A stretch of DNA of 64,000 nt from Candidatus Latescibacterota bacterium (GTDB lineage Bacteria > Latescibacterota > UBA2968 > UBA8231): the NCBI GenBank assembly GCA_965248265.1, contig CBDFJF010000002.1:2016001-2080000 (forward strand), in the 5' to 3' direction. Of this stretch, positions 19,128 through 29,360 are shown piece by piece. A model generated the notes under the pieces. It had not been told where the DNA came from, ran no database searches, and saw only the letters and a list, made by a program, of their open reading frames with translations. Positions within the stretch are counted from its first letter, which is position 1; the number at the start of each line of letters is the position of its first letter. The position numbers were made by a program, and so were the translations under genes.

Positions 19128-20477
19128 ATGTCGGATTTCACCCCCTGGCAGTTGCTGGTCGATTTCGGTTTCGCGGCTGGGTTGCTGCTGTGCGGGCAAC
19201 TCGTGCGCTCGAAGGTTGTGATCGCACAGCGCCTGTTTCTTCCCGCCGGAGTGATCGGCGGTTTTTTCGGACTGGCACTGGGTCCCAACGGTGTCGGCCT
19301 GGTGCCGATGTCCGCGGCGATCTCGATCTATCCCGGCCTGCTGATTGCTCTGGTGTTTGCCACACTGCCATTTTCCAGTGCGCAAGTCGCCTTCGCCAGC
19401 CTGTCGAGAAGGGTCGCCGATCTGTGGACCTTCTCCTGCGTGGCGATCCTGTTGCAATGGGGGGTCGGGATTCTCCTGACTCTGGGCGTTCTGAGAGCCG
19501 TCTGGACGGAAATCAACCCCGGTTTCGGCGCCTTGGTCGCCGCTGGTTTCGTCGGTGGGCACGGCACCGCGGCGGCAATGGGTGAGAGTTTTCGCGCACT
19601 CGGGTGGCCCGAAGCCGGTTCCCTGGCCATGACGGTGGCGACCGTCGGTATCCTCAGCGCCATCATCGGCGGCATGATCTGGATCAAGTGGGGGGCGCGC
19701 TCAGGCCACGCCCAGTTCGTGACGCGATTCGACGATCTGCCCTGGAGCCTGCGCACAGGATTGGTACCGGCTGGAGAGCGTCAATCGCTGGGTAGCGGGA
19801 CGGTTTCCGGAAACTCCATAGACAGCCTGGCTCTTCACCTGGGCCTTGTCGGTGTCGCCGCCCTCGGCGGTTACTTTCTCAGCCAGTGGTCATCGGGACT
19901 CACCCAGTACGGCAAGCTGCCCGTGTTCTGCATGGCCTACGTCGCCGCGATTGTCCTCCACCGGCTGCTGCGGGTCACCCAGGTCGAGCACTATGTAGAC
20001 GGTAAAACGATGACCCACCTGGGAGGCGCTTTGACCGATCTACTTGTCGTCTTCGGCATCGCCTCCATCAAGCTCTCTATCCTGATCGAGTTCGCGGTAC
20101 CGTTGACGCTGATTTTCGCAGCCGGCATCGCAACCTGTGGCATGCTCTTCCGTCTGCTCGGCCCCCGTTTCTTTGCCGCGTACTGGTTCGAGCATTCGCT
20201 GTTCACCTGGGGATGGATCACCGGGGTTACGGCCATGGCCATCGCGCTGCTGCGCATCGTGGATCCGCGCAACGAGTCATCTTCGCTGGCCAATTTCGGT
20301 CTGGCCTATCTGTTCATCGCCCCACTCGAAATCGGACTTGTAGTCATGGTGCCGGTTTTGTTGGTAGGGGGGCACGGTTGGCTGGTGGCGGGGGTGGTGT
20401 TGGCCGCAGCCGCAGTATTGACCACACTCAGATTGTTTACGGGAGCACGATCACAAACCAATGGGGTGACCGAGTGA
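19128..20477 (+). CDS. gltS: Sodium/glutamate symporter (GltS family)
   Basis: Multi-TM; FLPAGVIGG, GFVGGHGTAAAMG, ALLRIVDP. Confidence 0.8.
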   Translation: MSDFTPWQLLVDFGFAAGLLLCGQLVRSKVVIAQRLFLPAGVIGGFFGLALGPNGVGLVPMSAAISIYPGLLIALVFATLPFSSAQVAFASLSRRVADLWTFSCVAILLQWGVGILLTLGVLRAVWTEINPGFGALVAAGFVGGHGTAAAMGESFRALGWPEAGSLAMTVATVGILSAIIGGMIWIKWGARSGHAQFVTRFDDLPWSLRTGLVPAGERQSLGSGTVSGNSIDSLALHLGLVGVAALGGYFLSQWSSGLTQYGKLPVFCMAYVAAIVLHRLLRVTQVEHYVDGKTMTHLGGALTDLLVVFGIASIKLSILIEFAVPLTLIFAAGIATCGMLFRLLGPRFFAAYWFEHSLFTWGWITGVTAMAIALLRIVDPRNESSSLANFGLAYLFIAPLEIGLVVMVPVLLVGGHGWLVAGVVLAAAAVLTTLRLFTGARSQTNGVTE

Positions 20478-20923
20478 ATGCGGACAAGCTGAAAAATATC
20501 ACGGACAAGGTGCCGGCGTTTCGCGACCTGACTACCCGTCAGTTGCACGGGATGATCCAGGCTGGAGAAACCATCGTCCGGGAGCAGGGGACAGTCTTGT
20601 GCAAGGAAAGTGAGACGAGCACGGACATGTTCATCCTGCTGGCGGGGGAGCTGTCCGTGGAGACGAACAACATGCAACTGACGGCGGTGAAGACCTCGGA
20701 CATCGTTGGCGAGATGAGCTTGATAACTGGATTACCGCGCAGTGCAACCATCAAGGTGGTCAAGGAGGCTACCCTGTTCGTTGTGCGCAAGCAGGAATTC
20801 GACAGTTTGATGCGAGAGAATGCGGACCTCGCGGCGAAGATTTATCGAAACATGCTGCTGTCCTTGTGCTCAAAGCTGAGGGATACCAATATCCATCTGG
20901 TGGCGAGTAATCTGGGGGTGTAA
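20474..20923 (+). CDS. Cyclic-nucleotide-binding domain protein
   Basis: GTG start overlapping the gltS stop; MFILLAGEL, VGEMSLI...PRSAT. Confidence 0.85.
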   Translation: MNADKLKNITDKVPAFRDLTTRQLHGMIQAGETIVREQGTVLCKESETSTDMFILLAGELSVETNNMQLTAVKTSDIVGEMSLITGLPRSATIKVVKEATLFVVRKQEFDSLMRENADLAAKIYRNMLLSLCSKLRDTNIHLVASNLGV

Positions 20924-20941
20924 GCCGCAAGCCGGAAGCAC

Positions 20942-20989
20942 ATATCAAGAAATCTTGATATTGACATGTGGTTATGGGCATAGTAAGTT
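20942..20989 (+). promoter_or_regulatory. SahR-type operator ATATCAAGA-AA-TCTTGATAT abutting a sigma70 promoter TTGACA-N17-TAAGTT
   Basis: Perfect 9-bp inverted repeat 20942-20961; -35 at 20961-20966; -10 at 20984-20989; ATG at 21000. Confidence 0.8.
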
Positions 20990-20999
20990 CTGAACCACG

Positions 21000-21932
21000 A
21001 TGGCCGATTCCCTCAAGATTCACAAGGCGCTGGCAGATGAGACCCGGCTCAGGTTGGTTCGGCTGCTTTCCCAGGGTCCCCTCAACGTCAACGAGATCAT
21101 CGATGTCCTGCACATGGGACAGAGTCGTATCTCCAGGCATCTCAAGATCCTGGCTGAAGCCGAGCTGGTGTCGAACCGACGTGAGGGTACGTGGGTTTAC
21201 TACCACGCCAACAACCATTCTGCGGGCAACCTGACCTCCGAAACGCTGGATTTGCTGCGTCGCCACGAGCACGATTTACCCTTTCACGATGAGGATCTGC
21301 AAGGCCTGCAGGGGGTGGTTGAGCGCCGCCACGCCCAGACCAGGGATTTCTTCAACAAGGTCGAGGATCCTCGGCAACTACATCAGGGATTGCAGCAAAA
21401 CGGTGATTCCTATCGGCAGATCGCCATGTCCTTGATGCAGAACCGGCACCGCTCCGTTCTGGATCTGGGAACCGGGGCTGGGTTGCTGCTGCCGCGATTG
21501 CTGGAGAAGGCCGAGCAGGTGATTGCCGTCGACTCATCGACCAAGATGTTGGAAATGGCCCGACACACTGCTGGGAGCGAGGCCGGGCGCTGTGATTTCC
21601 GTTTGGGCGATCTGGCTCACCTGCCGGTGGCCAACGGTGAAGTAGACGCCGTCATGGCCTGCATGGTCTTGCATCATCTATCCAATCCAGCCGGTACCAT
21701 CGCTGAGGCCCACCGGGCACTCAATACTGGAGGAGAGCTGTTGATCGTCGATCTGTGCAAACACAACGATGAAAGTTTCAGAGAAAGCCAGGCCGATCTC
21801 TGGCTCGGTTTCGAACCCACCGAAATAGAGCGTTGGCTGGCAACGAATGACTTCGATCTCCTCGACACCGGCATTGCCGGCGATACGGGGAGTTCCCATC
21901 AACTCATCACATTTCGAGGACGGAAAAAATGA
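21000..21932 (+). CDS. sahR: ArsR-HTH plus methyltransferase-domain regulator (SahR-type)
   Basis: [11 protein letters not shown]...[14 protein letters not shown]; [11 protein letters not shown] domain; coupled to ahcY. Confidence 0.85.
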   Translation: MADSLKIHKALADETRLRLVRLLSQGPLNVNEIIDVLHMGQSRISRHLKILAEAELVSNRREGTWVYYHANNHSAGNLTSETLDLLRRHEHDLPFHDEDLQGLQGVVERRHAQTRDFFNKVEDPRQLHQGLQQNGDSYRQIAMSLMQNRHRSVLDLGTGAGLLLPRLLEKAEQVIAVDSSTKMLEMARHTAGSEAGRCDFRLGDLAHLPVANGEVDAVMACMVLHHLSNPAGTIAEAHRALNTGGELLIVDLCKHNDESFRESQADLWLGFEPTEIERWLATNDFDLLDTGIAGDTGSSHQLITFRGRKK

Positions 21933-23260
21933 CTGTAGCCGCTGAAAAGACGATTGATGTGCAAGTGCAGGACTTCAAGGTTGCTGATCTGGAGCTGGCC
22001 GAATGGGGCCGGCAGGAGATCATTCTGGCGGAAAAAGAGATGCCAGGTTTGATGTCCCTGCGGGAGGAGTACGCAGCGCAGCAGCCGTTGAAGGGAGCAC
22101 GGATTTCAGGTTCCCTGCATATGACCATACAGACGGCTGTTCTCATTGAGACGCTGACAGCACTGGGCGCAGAAGTTCGTTGGGCGTCATGCAACATTTT
22201 TTCCACGCAGGACCACGCGGCCGCTGCCATCGCCGTTACCGGCGTGCCGGTGTTCGCCTGGAAGGGCATGAGTGAAGACGAATACTGGTGGTGTACCGAT
22301 CAGACGCTGAACTGGGGCGAGGATGGTGGCCCCAACATGATTCTGGATGACGGCGGTGATCTGACCAAGTGGGTCCATGACAAGCGCCCGGAGTTGTTGC
22401 CCAATGTGCGTGGTGTCTCAGAAGAGACGACCACGGGTGTCCATCATCTCTACCAGATGATCAAGGAACAGACCCTCAAGGTGCCGGCCATCAACGTCAA
22501 CGACAGCGTCACCAAATCCAAGTTCGACAACCTCTACGGGTGCAGAGAAAGCCTGGCCGACGGCATTAAGCGTGCTACCGACATCATGATAGCCGGCAAG
22601 GTCGCCATCGTCGCCGGATATGGCGACGTCGGCAAGGGTTGTGCTCAGTCGATGGGTGGCTTGGGTGCGCGCGTCATCGTCACTGAGGTCGATCCGATCT
22701 GCGCTCTACAGGCGGCGATGGAAGGGTATGAAGTCAGAAAAATGGAAGATATCGTTGCGGATGGGGACATCTTCATCACTACCACCGGATGCAAGGATGT
22801 CATCACCATCGACCACATGGCGAGTATGAAAGACGGCGCCATCGTCTGCAACATTGGTCACTTCGACGTCGAAATTCAGGTGGCCGAGCTCGAGGCCTTC
22901 ACCGGCATCAAGAAGGAGGAAGTGAAGCCGCAGGTCGACAAGTACACCTTTCCAGATGGCACATGCCTCATCCTTCTGGCGGCCGGACGGTTGGTGAATC
23001 TGGGTTGCGCCACGGGGCACCCCTCCTTCGTGATGTCCAATTCATTCACCAATCAGGTGTTGGCGCAAATCGAGTTGTACAACAACCACGACAAGTATGA
23101 GGTCGGGGTATACATGTTGCCGAAGCATCTGGACGAGAAGGTTGCCCGGCTTCACCTGAAGAAATTAGGTGTGGAGCTGGACGAACTCACCCAGGATCAG
23201 TCAGCCTATCTGAACATTCCGGCAGAAGGTCCGTACAAGCCTGAACACTATCGCTACTAG
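21929..23260 (+). CDS. ahcY: Adenosylhomocysteinase
   Basis: [65 protein letters not shown]. Confidence 0.98.
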   Translation: MTVAAEKTIDVQVQDFKVADLELAEWGRQEIILAEKEMPGLMSLREEYAAQQPLKGARISGSLHMTIQTAVLIETLTALGAEVRWASCNIFSTQDHAAAAIAVTGVPVFAWKGMSEDEYWWCTDQTLNWGEDGGPNMILDDGGDLTKWVHDKRPELLPNVRGVSEETTTGVHHLYQMIKEQTLKVPAINVNDSVTKSKFDNLYGCRESLADGIKRATDIMIAGKVAIVAGYGDVGKGCAQSMGGLGARVIVTEVDPICALQAAMEGYEVRKMEDIVADGDIFITTTGCKDVITIDHMASMKDGAIVCNIGHFDVEIQVAELEAFTGIKKEEVKPQVDKYTFPDGTCLILLAAGRLVNLGCATGHPSFVMSNSFTNQVLAQIELYNNHDKYEVGVYMLPKHLDEKVARLHLKKLGVELDELTQDQSAYLNIPAEGPYKPEHYRY

Positions 23261-23321
23261 GATCTGCACTTGAGTCTGTCCGGGCGGCCGGGATGCTCGA
23301 CGCTCAGGATGCGCAGCAGCT

Positions 23322-24404
23322 TCACGGAGGGGGGGGTGAAAACAGGCTCAGGTACTGGCCCAACCCTTCGGACTCGAGATTCTCCTTTGGCACAAAACGC
23401 AGAGAGGCGGAATTGATGCAGTAGCGTAACCCGGTAGGGGCCGGGCCATCCTCGAACAGATGGCCCAGATGTGAGTCGCCATGGGTGCTGCGTACTTCAG
23501 TCCGCGTCATGAACAGCGTGCGGTCTGTCTTTTCAACGATACTGTCAGACTCGAGTGGCTGCGTGAAACTGGGCCAACCGGTACCTGATTTGAACTTGTC
23601 GGTCGAACTGAACAACGGCTCGCCGGAAACGATGTCGACATAAACGCCGGCCTTCTTGTTGTCCCAATACTCATTACGGAACGGCGGCTCGGTGTCGTCT
23701 CGCTGCGTCACCGAATACTGCAGATCGCTCAGTTTTTGGCGCAGCTCTTCGTCGGACGGCTTGACGAAACCGTTGCCGCCACTGCTCTTGTCAGCGTGCA
23801 GATCTCGTCCCCAGATACTCTCGATGAATTGGTCGCGCCCCGAGCCACTGCGATATCGGTGATAATGGGCGGCGTTCTTCTTGTAGTAATCCTGATGGTA
23901 TTCCTCGGCACGATAGAAGGTAATGGCCGGCCGGACGGGGGTGACGATCGGTTTGTCGAATCGGCCTGAAGCGTCCAGAGCGGACTTAGAGGTCTCTGCC
24001 AGCTTCTTCTGTTCCTCATCATGATAGAAGATGGCTGAGGTATATTGCAGACCGCGGTCGTAAAATGAACCACCGGCATCCGTGGGATCGAACTGACGCC
24101 AGTAGTGGTCGAGCAGTTCCTGGTAGGATACTTCCTCAGCGACGTAGGTGATCTCCACGGCTTCCAGATGGCCGGTCCTGCTGGAGCTCACCTGCTTGTA
24201 GGTCGGGTCCTTCTCCGGGCCGCCCGTGTACCCCGAGACAGCGGATACGACTCCGGGCAGCTTGTCGAACGGGGCTTCGATGCACCAGAAGCAACCACCA
24301 GCAAAGGTCGCTTTCTCGATCGTGCCTGCATCGGCACCCTGTTGCTGGACAGCGACCACGGCTACGATGGCCAGTGCGGCCAACACTGCGAAATTGGTCT
24401 TCAT
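23322..24404 (-). CDS. msrAB: Exported methionine sulfoxide reductase MsrA/MsrB fusion
   Basis: FAGGCFWC and AEEYHQDYY (MsrA); [20 protein letters not shown] (MsrB); ATG 24404 with AGGAG RBS and signal peptide. Confidence 0.95.
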   Translation of the reverse strand: MKTNFAVLAALAIVAVVAVQQQGADAGTIEKATFAGGCFWCIEAPFDKLPGVVSAVSGYTGGPEKDPTYKQVSSSRTGHLEAVEITYVAEEVSYQELLDHYWRQFDPTDAGGSFYDRGLQYTSAIFYHDEEQKKLAETSKSALDASGRFDKPIVTPVRPAITFYRAEEYHQDYYKKNAAHYHRYRSGSGRDQFIESIWGRDLHADKSSGGNGFVKPSDEELRQKLSDLQYSVTQRDDTEPPFRNEYWDNKKAGVYVDIVSGEPLFSSTDKFKSGTGWPSFTQPLESDSIVEKTDRTLFMTRTEVRSTHGDSHLGHLFEDGPAPTGLRYCINSASLRFVPKENLESEGLGQYLSLFSPPPP

Positions 24405-24512
24405 CTCAAGACTCCTGGTAGGCATCCTAGCGGACGTTCCGTGCACCGAATTTCAGCATGGGCTGCCAATTCATCAATGGGACGCGTGATGCTCCGTTGG
24501 GTTGCAAGGGGG

Positions 24513-24669
24513 GGTCCCTGCGTTTTTTCCCTCTAGACTGGTTTGTGACCCCGGGGCGCTCCAAAACCCACCCCACCACCCCACAACTTCGTTGTGAAAG
24601 CCCGGGAGCGCCCCTGCCCCCACCAACCCCACCTACAAACCAGTCCTCGGGAAAAAAGGCGCAGGGACC
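24513..24669. other. Long intergenic rod-like inverted repeat (structured RNA or MITE candidate)
   Basis: Nested helices GGTCCCTGCG/CGCAGGGACC, TTTTTTCCC/GGGAAAAAA, GACTGGTTTGT/ACAAACCAGTC, GGGGCGCTCC/GGAGCGCCCC, apical CACAAC-TTC-GTTGTG. Confidence 0.55.
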
Positions 24670-24760
24670 ACGCCATGAAAGAAGGGGAGCAAACACACGG
24701 AGAGGCTCTAGGGGGAAAGCGCACCCTACACAGGTCGATCTGAGTACACAGGAGGGGCCG

Positions 24761-25663
24761 TTATTCTGGTGCAGGATCTGAGGGCGATCTGGCGAGGGTG
24801 ACTTTGGTCCATTCCTCTATGGGTTGGAAGCTGTTACCGGAGAAGGCGCCACTTCGACCTCCGCGGCCGCCGTAGCCTCCTCCGCGACCCTGTCCAAAGC
24901 CGCCATCTCTGCCGCCGAAGCCACCGCCCTGACCGCCGAAACCTCCTGCGGTCTGGCCGGTCAGGTCGCGGTTCTGGAAGGCGCGTTGGAAGTCTATTTC
25001 CCGGGTCTTGAAGCCAACGGCAATGTTCTTGCCGGGTTTGGATGGTAGTGGTGGGAGCGGGTACTGGCCTGCCAGGGGAAAACGGGCTTCGTAGACCAGG
25101 CGCCCATCGGCGAGGGTTACCATGACGCGCACGTCCTTTTCGCCCAACATCGTCAACGAGCGGATTTCTTTTTCACCCCTACCGAGCAGCATGGGTTGTT
25201 GCGTGGCGAGGATGCGTTCGAAAGCGTCCTGAAGCTGTGCCGGTCCGGCCCTGCGCAATCCTTCCTGTTCATCCCGATACCGCCGGCCTTGAAAGTCGCC
25301 AAAAGCAGCCTGGTCTCGCATTGGGTCGCGATCCATGTTGAACATACCAAGTGGGTACCGGACCCCCAGGATCTTGCTCTGACGGCCACCGGGATCGATC
25401 CACACTTCGAAGCCTCGCATGATGGCCTGGCGTTGGAGATTGCGATCGGCGGTGCTCAGCGTCAGGTACAGGAAGTCGTCATCGTTGGCCACGCCGATAT
25501 CGACTGGCCAGTCCTTGACGTACAATTTCAGATCTTGCCAATCGCTGTCGTCGCCGTCGATGACGATGTCGCGATCGGGCCAGCGGCTGTCGATTCTCAG
25601 GCCCCCACAGGAAAGCAGCAACAAGGCGAGAAGGATCGAGATTGTCGCTACGTGTCGGTCCAT
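24761..25663 (-). CDS. Hypothetical lipoprotein with Gly/Arg-rich C-terminal region
   Basis: Lipobox LLLSC; IDGDDSDW; GGFGGQGGGFGGRDGG tail; GGAG RBS. Confidence 0.75.
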   Translation of the reverse strand: MDRHVATISILLALLLLSCGGLRIDSRWPDRDIVIDGDDSDWQDLKLYVKDWPVDIGVANDDDFLYLTLSTADRNLQRQAIMRGFEVWIDPGGRQSKILGVRYPLGMFNMDRDPMRDQAAFGDFQGRRYRDEQEGLRRAGPAQLQDAFERILATQQPMLLGRGEKEIRSLTMLGEKDVRVMVTLADGRLVYEARFPLAGQYPLPPLPSKPGKNIAVGFKTREIDFQRAFQNRDLTGQTAGGFGGQGGGFGGRDGGFGQGRGGGYGGRGGRSGAFSGNSFQPIEEWTKVTLARSPSDPAPE

Positions 25664-25756
25664 CGATGACTCCTGGATCTTGGAGGAACTCGTGTGTATT
25701 GTGATTAGACACTCGAGGCGCGGATTCGTTCAACGGCGGGAACGTAGGGGGAACAT

Positions 25757-25794
25757 AAAAAAAGAGCCGAACACCCGCAGGTGACCGGCTCTTT
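25757..25794 (-). terminator. Intrinsic terminator
   Basis: Minus strand AAAGAGCCGGTCACC-TGCG-GGTGTTCGGCTCTTTTTTT. Confidence 0.75.
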
Positions 25795-25941
25795 CACTCT
25801 GGAAGCACCACGCTAGGCGTGGCACCTCACATGGCTTCTGGTCTGGATAAGAACCTCCTTCCTGCAAAGACGCGGCATACTGATTGGGGGCGCCGCGCAC
25901 GAAATGGAGGCGTGTTATTGGCCCTTGCGGCAAACAACACC
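25757..25941 (-). ncRNA. Candidate ~185-nt sigma-28-dependent sRNA
   Basis: Bounded by a FliA-type promoter and a terminator; several hairpins (GCAA-looped, CGCGGC...GCCGCG, CCACGC-CTA-GCGTGG); no convincing ORF. Confidence 0.5.
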
Positions 25942-25947
25942 TTACCT

Positions 25948-25974
25948 TTATCGGTCGTCCCTCGCCGAGCTTTA
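25948..25974 (-). promoter_or_regulatory. Sigma-28 (FliA)-type promoter
   Basis: TAAA-N15-ACCGATAA against consensus TAAA-N15-GCCGATAA. Confidence 0.65.
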
Positions 25975-25995
25975 TTCTCTAGCGGATATTTGCTT

Positions 25996-26817
25996 ATGAA
26001 ACTCAGCGTGTTCACAGACGAGATCAATTCATCCCTGCCGCGAGCGCTGCAGCTGGTGAGTGAGTGGAATCTTTCGCATGTCGAGATTCGCACCATTATG
26101 GGTGGGCGTTTTCCCAGATTGGAGGACGCCGAGCTTGCGGATCTGGACTCGAGCGTGAAAGAGGCAGGTTTAGCGGTTTCTGCCGTGTCGCCCGGGTACT
26201 TCAAATGTCTGATCGACGATGCCGAGATTGAGGCCGGTATCAGCGAAGGGTTGCCCCGGGCTTGTGAGTGGGCCCTGAAGTTGGGGACCAACTCTGTGTC
26301 GAGCTTTGCCTTTCGGCGCTCAGAGGGAGAGATGCCGACGGTGCAGGTGGTGGACTATCTCGGGCGCATGGCCGATGCGGTGAATTCGGCCGGCTGCCGG
26401 ATGCTGCTGGAAAATGAGGCGGGGTGTTGGGGTGGTACAGGGCTTGAAGCGGTCGACATCATTCGCCAAGTGGGATTCGAGCGCCTTGGACTGTGCTGGG
26501 ACCCAGGCAATTCGACCCGCGCTGGTGGTGATCCCTCAGTGGAGTTCGAGCAGATTCGCAGCTTCATCGAGCACGTTCATCTGAAGAACTACGAACCAGC
26601 GCAGGGCCGGTGGTCGGTTCTCGACCGTGGTGTGGTGGATTGGCCAGGGATCATGGCATTGCTTCGCGACATCGACTACCAGGGATTTCTTATCCTCGAG
26701 ACGCATACCGATATCAGCCTGCACGAGTTCGCGCCACTCGAAGGGCAACTGGATGGGAAGGAAGGAAATACGCTCCACAATCTGAAATACTTACGTGGGC
26801 TGCTTGACGGAAGTTGA
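25996..26817 (+). CDS. Sugar phosphate isomerase/epimerase (AP endonuclease 2 TIM barrel)
   Basis: KLSVFTDEI, LLENE, WDPGN, HVHLK, G.VDW, LETH; start moved to ATG 25996. Confidence 0.88.
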   Translation: MKLSVFTDEINSSLPRALQLVSEWNLSHVEIRTIMGGRFPRLEDAELADLDSSVKEAGLAVSAVSPGYFKCLIDDAEIEAGISEGLPRACEWALKLGTNSVSSFAFRRSEGEMPTVQVVDYLGRMADAVNSAGCRMLLENEAGCWGGTGLEAVDIIRQVGFERLGLCWDPGNSTRAGGDPSVEFEQIRSFIEHVHLKNYEPAQGRWSVLDRGVVDWPGIMALLRDIDYQGFLILETHTDISLHEFAPLEGQLDGKEGNTLHNLKYLRGLLDGS

Positions 26818-26829
26818 GGCGCCGCCAAC

Positions 26830-27888
26830 CTATCCTCGTTCGATAATTCCACCACCCAGACAGGTGTTGCCGTCGTAGAACACGGCGTGTTGCCCAGAGG
26901 CGATCCCGGCGTCAGGCTCTGCGAGCTCGACGTAGAGGGTATCCGTCGATGGGCAGAGGCGGACTCCACAATCGGCCAGGTCCGGGGCATGCCGGATTCT
27001 CACTTGCAGCTTGTCCGAATCGGGAGCACCACTGATCCAGTTGATGTTGCGCACGGTGAATGAGGAGCGTCTGTTGTGTTCCAATTGGTCGCGGTGCACG
27101 ACATAGACGATGTTGCGCTCAGTGTCCTTGTCAGCGACGTACCAGGGACCGCCTCCGAGCCCGAGTCCGAAGCGCTGACCGATGGTGTAAAACCAGAATC
27201 CTTCGTGCTCACCCAACCGCTGAGTGGAAGTCTGGTCGATGATGTCACCTGGTTGAGTGCCCAGGTGGAACTGGATGAAGTCCCGGTATCGTATCTTGCC
27301 CAGAAAGCAGATTCCCTGGCTGTCCTTACGCGCGCGGTTAGGCAGCTCGACGCGGTCGGCGATTTCGCGCACTTGTGTCTTGCGTAGATGGCCGATCGGG
27401 AACAGGGTTCTCGCCAGCTGATCCTGATTGAGATTGGACAGGAAGTAGGTCTGGTCCTTGACCGGGTCGGTACCGCGCTTCAACAACCAGTCGCCGTTGT
27501 TGGCCAGGATCTGAGCATGATGTCCCGATGCCACTTTGGCGAAGCTGTCGTCAATACAGTCGAAGAAGGCGCCGAACTTGATGTGCTGATTGCAGAAGAT
27601 ATCCGGGCTGGGTGTACGCCCGCTGCGCAGTTCGCTCAGGGCGTGGGAAACGACCAGATCGAGATACTCGGCTTGCAGCGGTACGATCGTCAGAGGGACA
27701 TTGAACTGCTCACACACGGCGCGTACGAAGTGTAGATCCTCTTCCCAAGGACAGTCACCGACGTAGGCCACTTCATCCTCGAGCCACACCTTGAGGTAGA
27801 AGGCGTGGAGATCGTGACCCTGGTCAGCCAGCAGGCTCAAGGCGACGGAGCTGTCGACTCCACCAGATAGCAGAATAGCGGTTTTCAT
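26830..27888 (-). CDS. mnmA: tRNA 2-thiouridylase
   Basis: SGGVDSS, TPSPDIFCN, KDQTYFL, DSQGICF, YTIGQR. Confidence 0.96.
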   Translation of the reverse strand: MKTAILLSGGVDSSVALSLLADQGHDLHAFYLKVWLEDEVAYVGDCPWEEDLHFVRAVCEQFNVPLTIVPLQAEYLDLVVSHALSELRSGRTPSPDIFCNQHIKFGAFFDCIDDSFAKVASGHHAQILANNGDWLLKRGTDPVKDQTYFLSNLNQDQLARTLFPIGHLRKTQVREIADRVELPNRARKDSQGICFLGKIRYRDFIQFHLGTQPGDIIDQTSTQRLGEHEGFWFYTIGQRFGLGLGGGPWYVADKDTERNIVYVVHRDQLEHNRRSSFTVRNINWISGAPDSDKLQVRIRHAPDLADCGVRLCPSTDTLYVELAEPDAGIASGQHAVFYDGNTCLGGGIIERG

Positions 27889-27935
27889 GCTGGAAAACGT
27901 ACAGGCTGAGAGAATGAGGAGCAACACAGAAGACG

Positions 27936-29150
27936 GTGAGTGAGTCAGATCGAGGTCTTCGCAAGATAGTCATCTCCCTCTACGTGCCGACGCTGCTGAT
28001 GGGGTTCTGCGGTGCACTGGTGGTACCGATTCTACCGCTGCTGGCCCTGTCTTTCGACGTGTCGTATGGGATGACTGGCGTCGTTCTGGCTGCACCCGGA
28101 ATCGGTACCCTGATCTGTGACATGCCGGTGGGCACACTCGTGCGCCGGATCGGCTATCGGTGGGGAATGCTAGCCGGTGGGAGCGTCATGTTCGTGGCCG
28201 CCCTGGCCGTGTTTACCTCAACCAGTATCGTTGAGCTTTTCATCTATCGTCTGTTCACGGGAGTCGGGCTGACGCTGTGGGGCATATCGATCCAGGCCTA
28301 TCTGTACGAGTCCATCGGACAGGCGCAACTTGGCCGAGCAAGCGCCCTGATAGGTGGCATTTATCGGTTGACCAGCTTCGTGGCCCCCGCCCTTGGTGGG
28401 TTCATGGGAGAGGCGCTCGGGCTACGCTTTCCGTTCCTGCTCTATGCCGTCCTATCGTTGGTGAGTCTGGCCGTCGTTTTCGCGTCCGTGCCCAGGCCCG
28501 ATCTCGGGAATCGTAAAGTCAGGGATGAACGTTCCGGTCGTTTCAGAGACCACCTCAGAGCGAATCTGCGCATCGTACTGCGCGGCGGACCGGGCTACGC
28601 CGTCGGGCAGATCACGCGCACGTCCCGCAATGTGATAATCCCGCTATTCGCAGCGGAAGTGCTTGGACTCAGTCCCTCGTCGATCGGCCTGGTAACGAGT
28701 CTGTCGTTCGGAATAGACCTGATCATGGTATATCCAGCAGGAGTGATCATGGATCGCTGGGGTCGAAAGTTTGCCTATGTCCCCAGCTTCTTCCTGCAGG
28801 GAATGGCGCTGTCAATGATTCCGTTCACCACGAGCTTTGTCGAACTACTCGTCGTCGCCATGGCCCTCGGTTTTTCCAATGGCATCGGAGCTGGGACAAT
28901 GCTGGCGCTGGCCGGAGACCTGGCTCCGGAGAAAGGACGCGGGGATTTCCTGGGCATCTGGCATTTCGTGGGAGACGTTGGCGGGACAAGCGCCCCATTG
29001 ATCATGGGCAAGGTTGGTGATCTGGCGGGTCTTGGTGCCTCAGCGTTCGTGGCGGGAGCATCAGGAGTATTGGCGGCGGCACTATTGGGTTTCCTGGTAC
29101 CGGAAACGCTTGCAAAACCCGAGAAGGGAGATGGTCCTATCAAGGGCTGA
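27936..29150 (+). CDS. MFS transporter
   Basis: About 12 TM helices; GVIMDRWGRK motif A. Confidence 0.9.
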   Translation: MSESDRGLRKIVISLYVPTLLMGFCGALVVPILPLLALSFDVSYGMTGVVLAAPGIGTLICDMPVGTLVRRIGYRWGMLAGGSVMFVAALAVFTSTSIVELFIYRLFTGVGLTLWGISIQAYLYESIGQAQLGRASALIGGIYRLTSFVAPALGGFMGEALGLRFPFLLYAVLSLVSLAVVFASVPRPDLGNRKVRDERSGRFRDHLRANLRIVLRGGPGYAVGQITRTSRNVIIPLFAAEVLGLSPSSIGLVTSLSFGIDLIMVYPAGVIMDRWGRKFAYVPSFFLQGMALSMIPFTTSFVELLVVAMALGFSNGIGAGTMLALAGDLAPEKGRGDFLGIWHFVGDVGGTSAPLIMGKVGDLAGLGASAFVAGASGVLAAALLGFLVPETLAKPEKGDGPIKG

Positions 29151-29360
29151 CTGCAACGGTAGTAACGATGTGTACGTGGGGTTGAACACGAGAGAGGCTG
29201 CTCGCAGGTGACGGAGCAGCCTTCTCTTTTGTGGCATCCAACAAGCCAACACACCATTTTCGGAACCAGGTCCCGGTAACCTGTTGTGGCCAACTCAGCT
29301 ACAGGTCCGGAAAGTATGTGGCCATGGAGGCATCCTCTTAGCAGCAACAGGGAAGCACTG

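Noticed and set aside
24840-24960. GCC/CCG-rich repeat
   Set aside because: It encodes the Gly-rich tail of the lipoprotein
29232-29247. Sigma-54 promoter upstream of EBP1 (TGGCATCCAACAAGCC)
   Set aside because: GG-N10-GC spacing fits, but the TT before -12 is missing and no UAS palindromes are nearby
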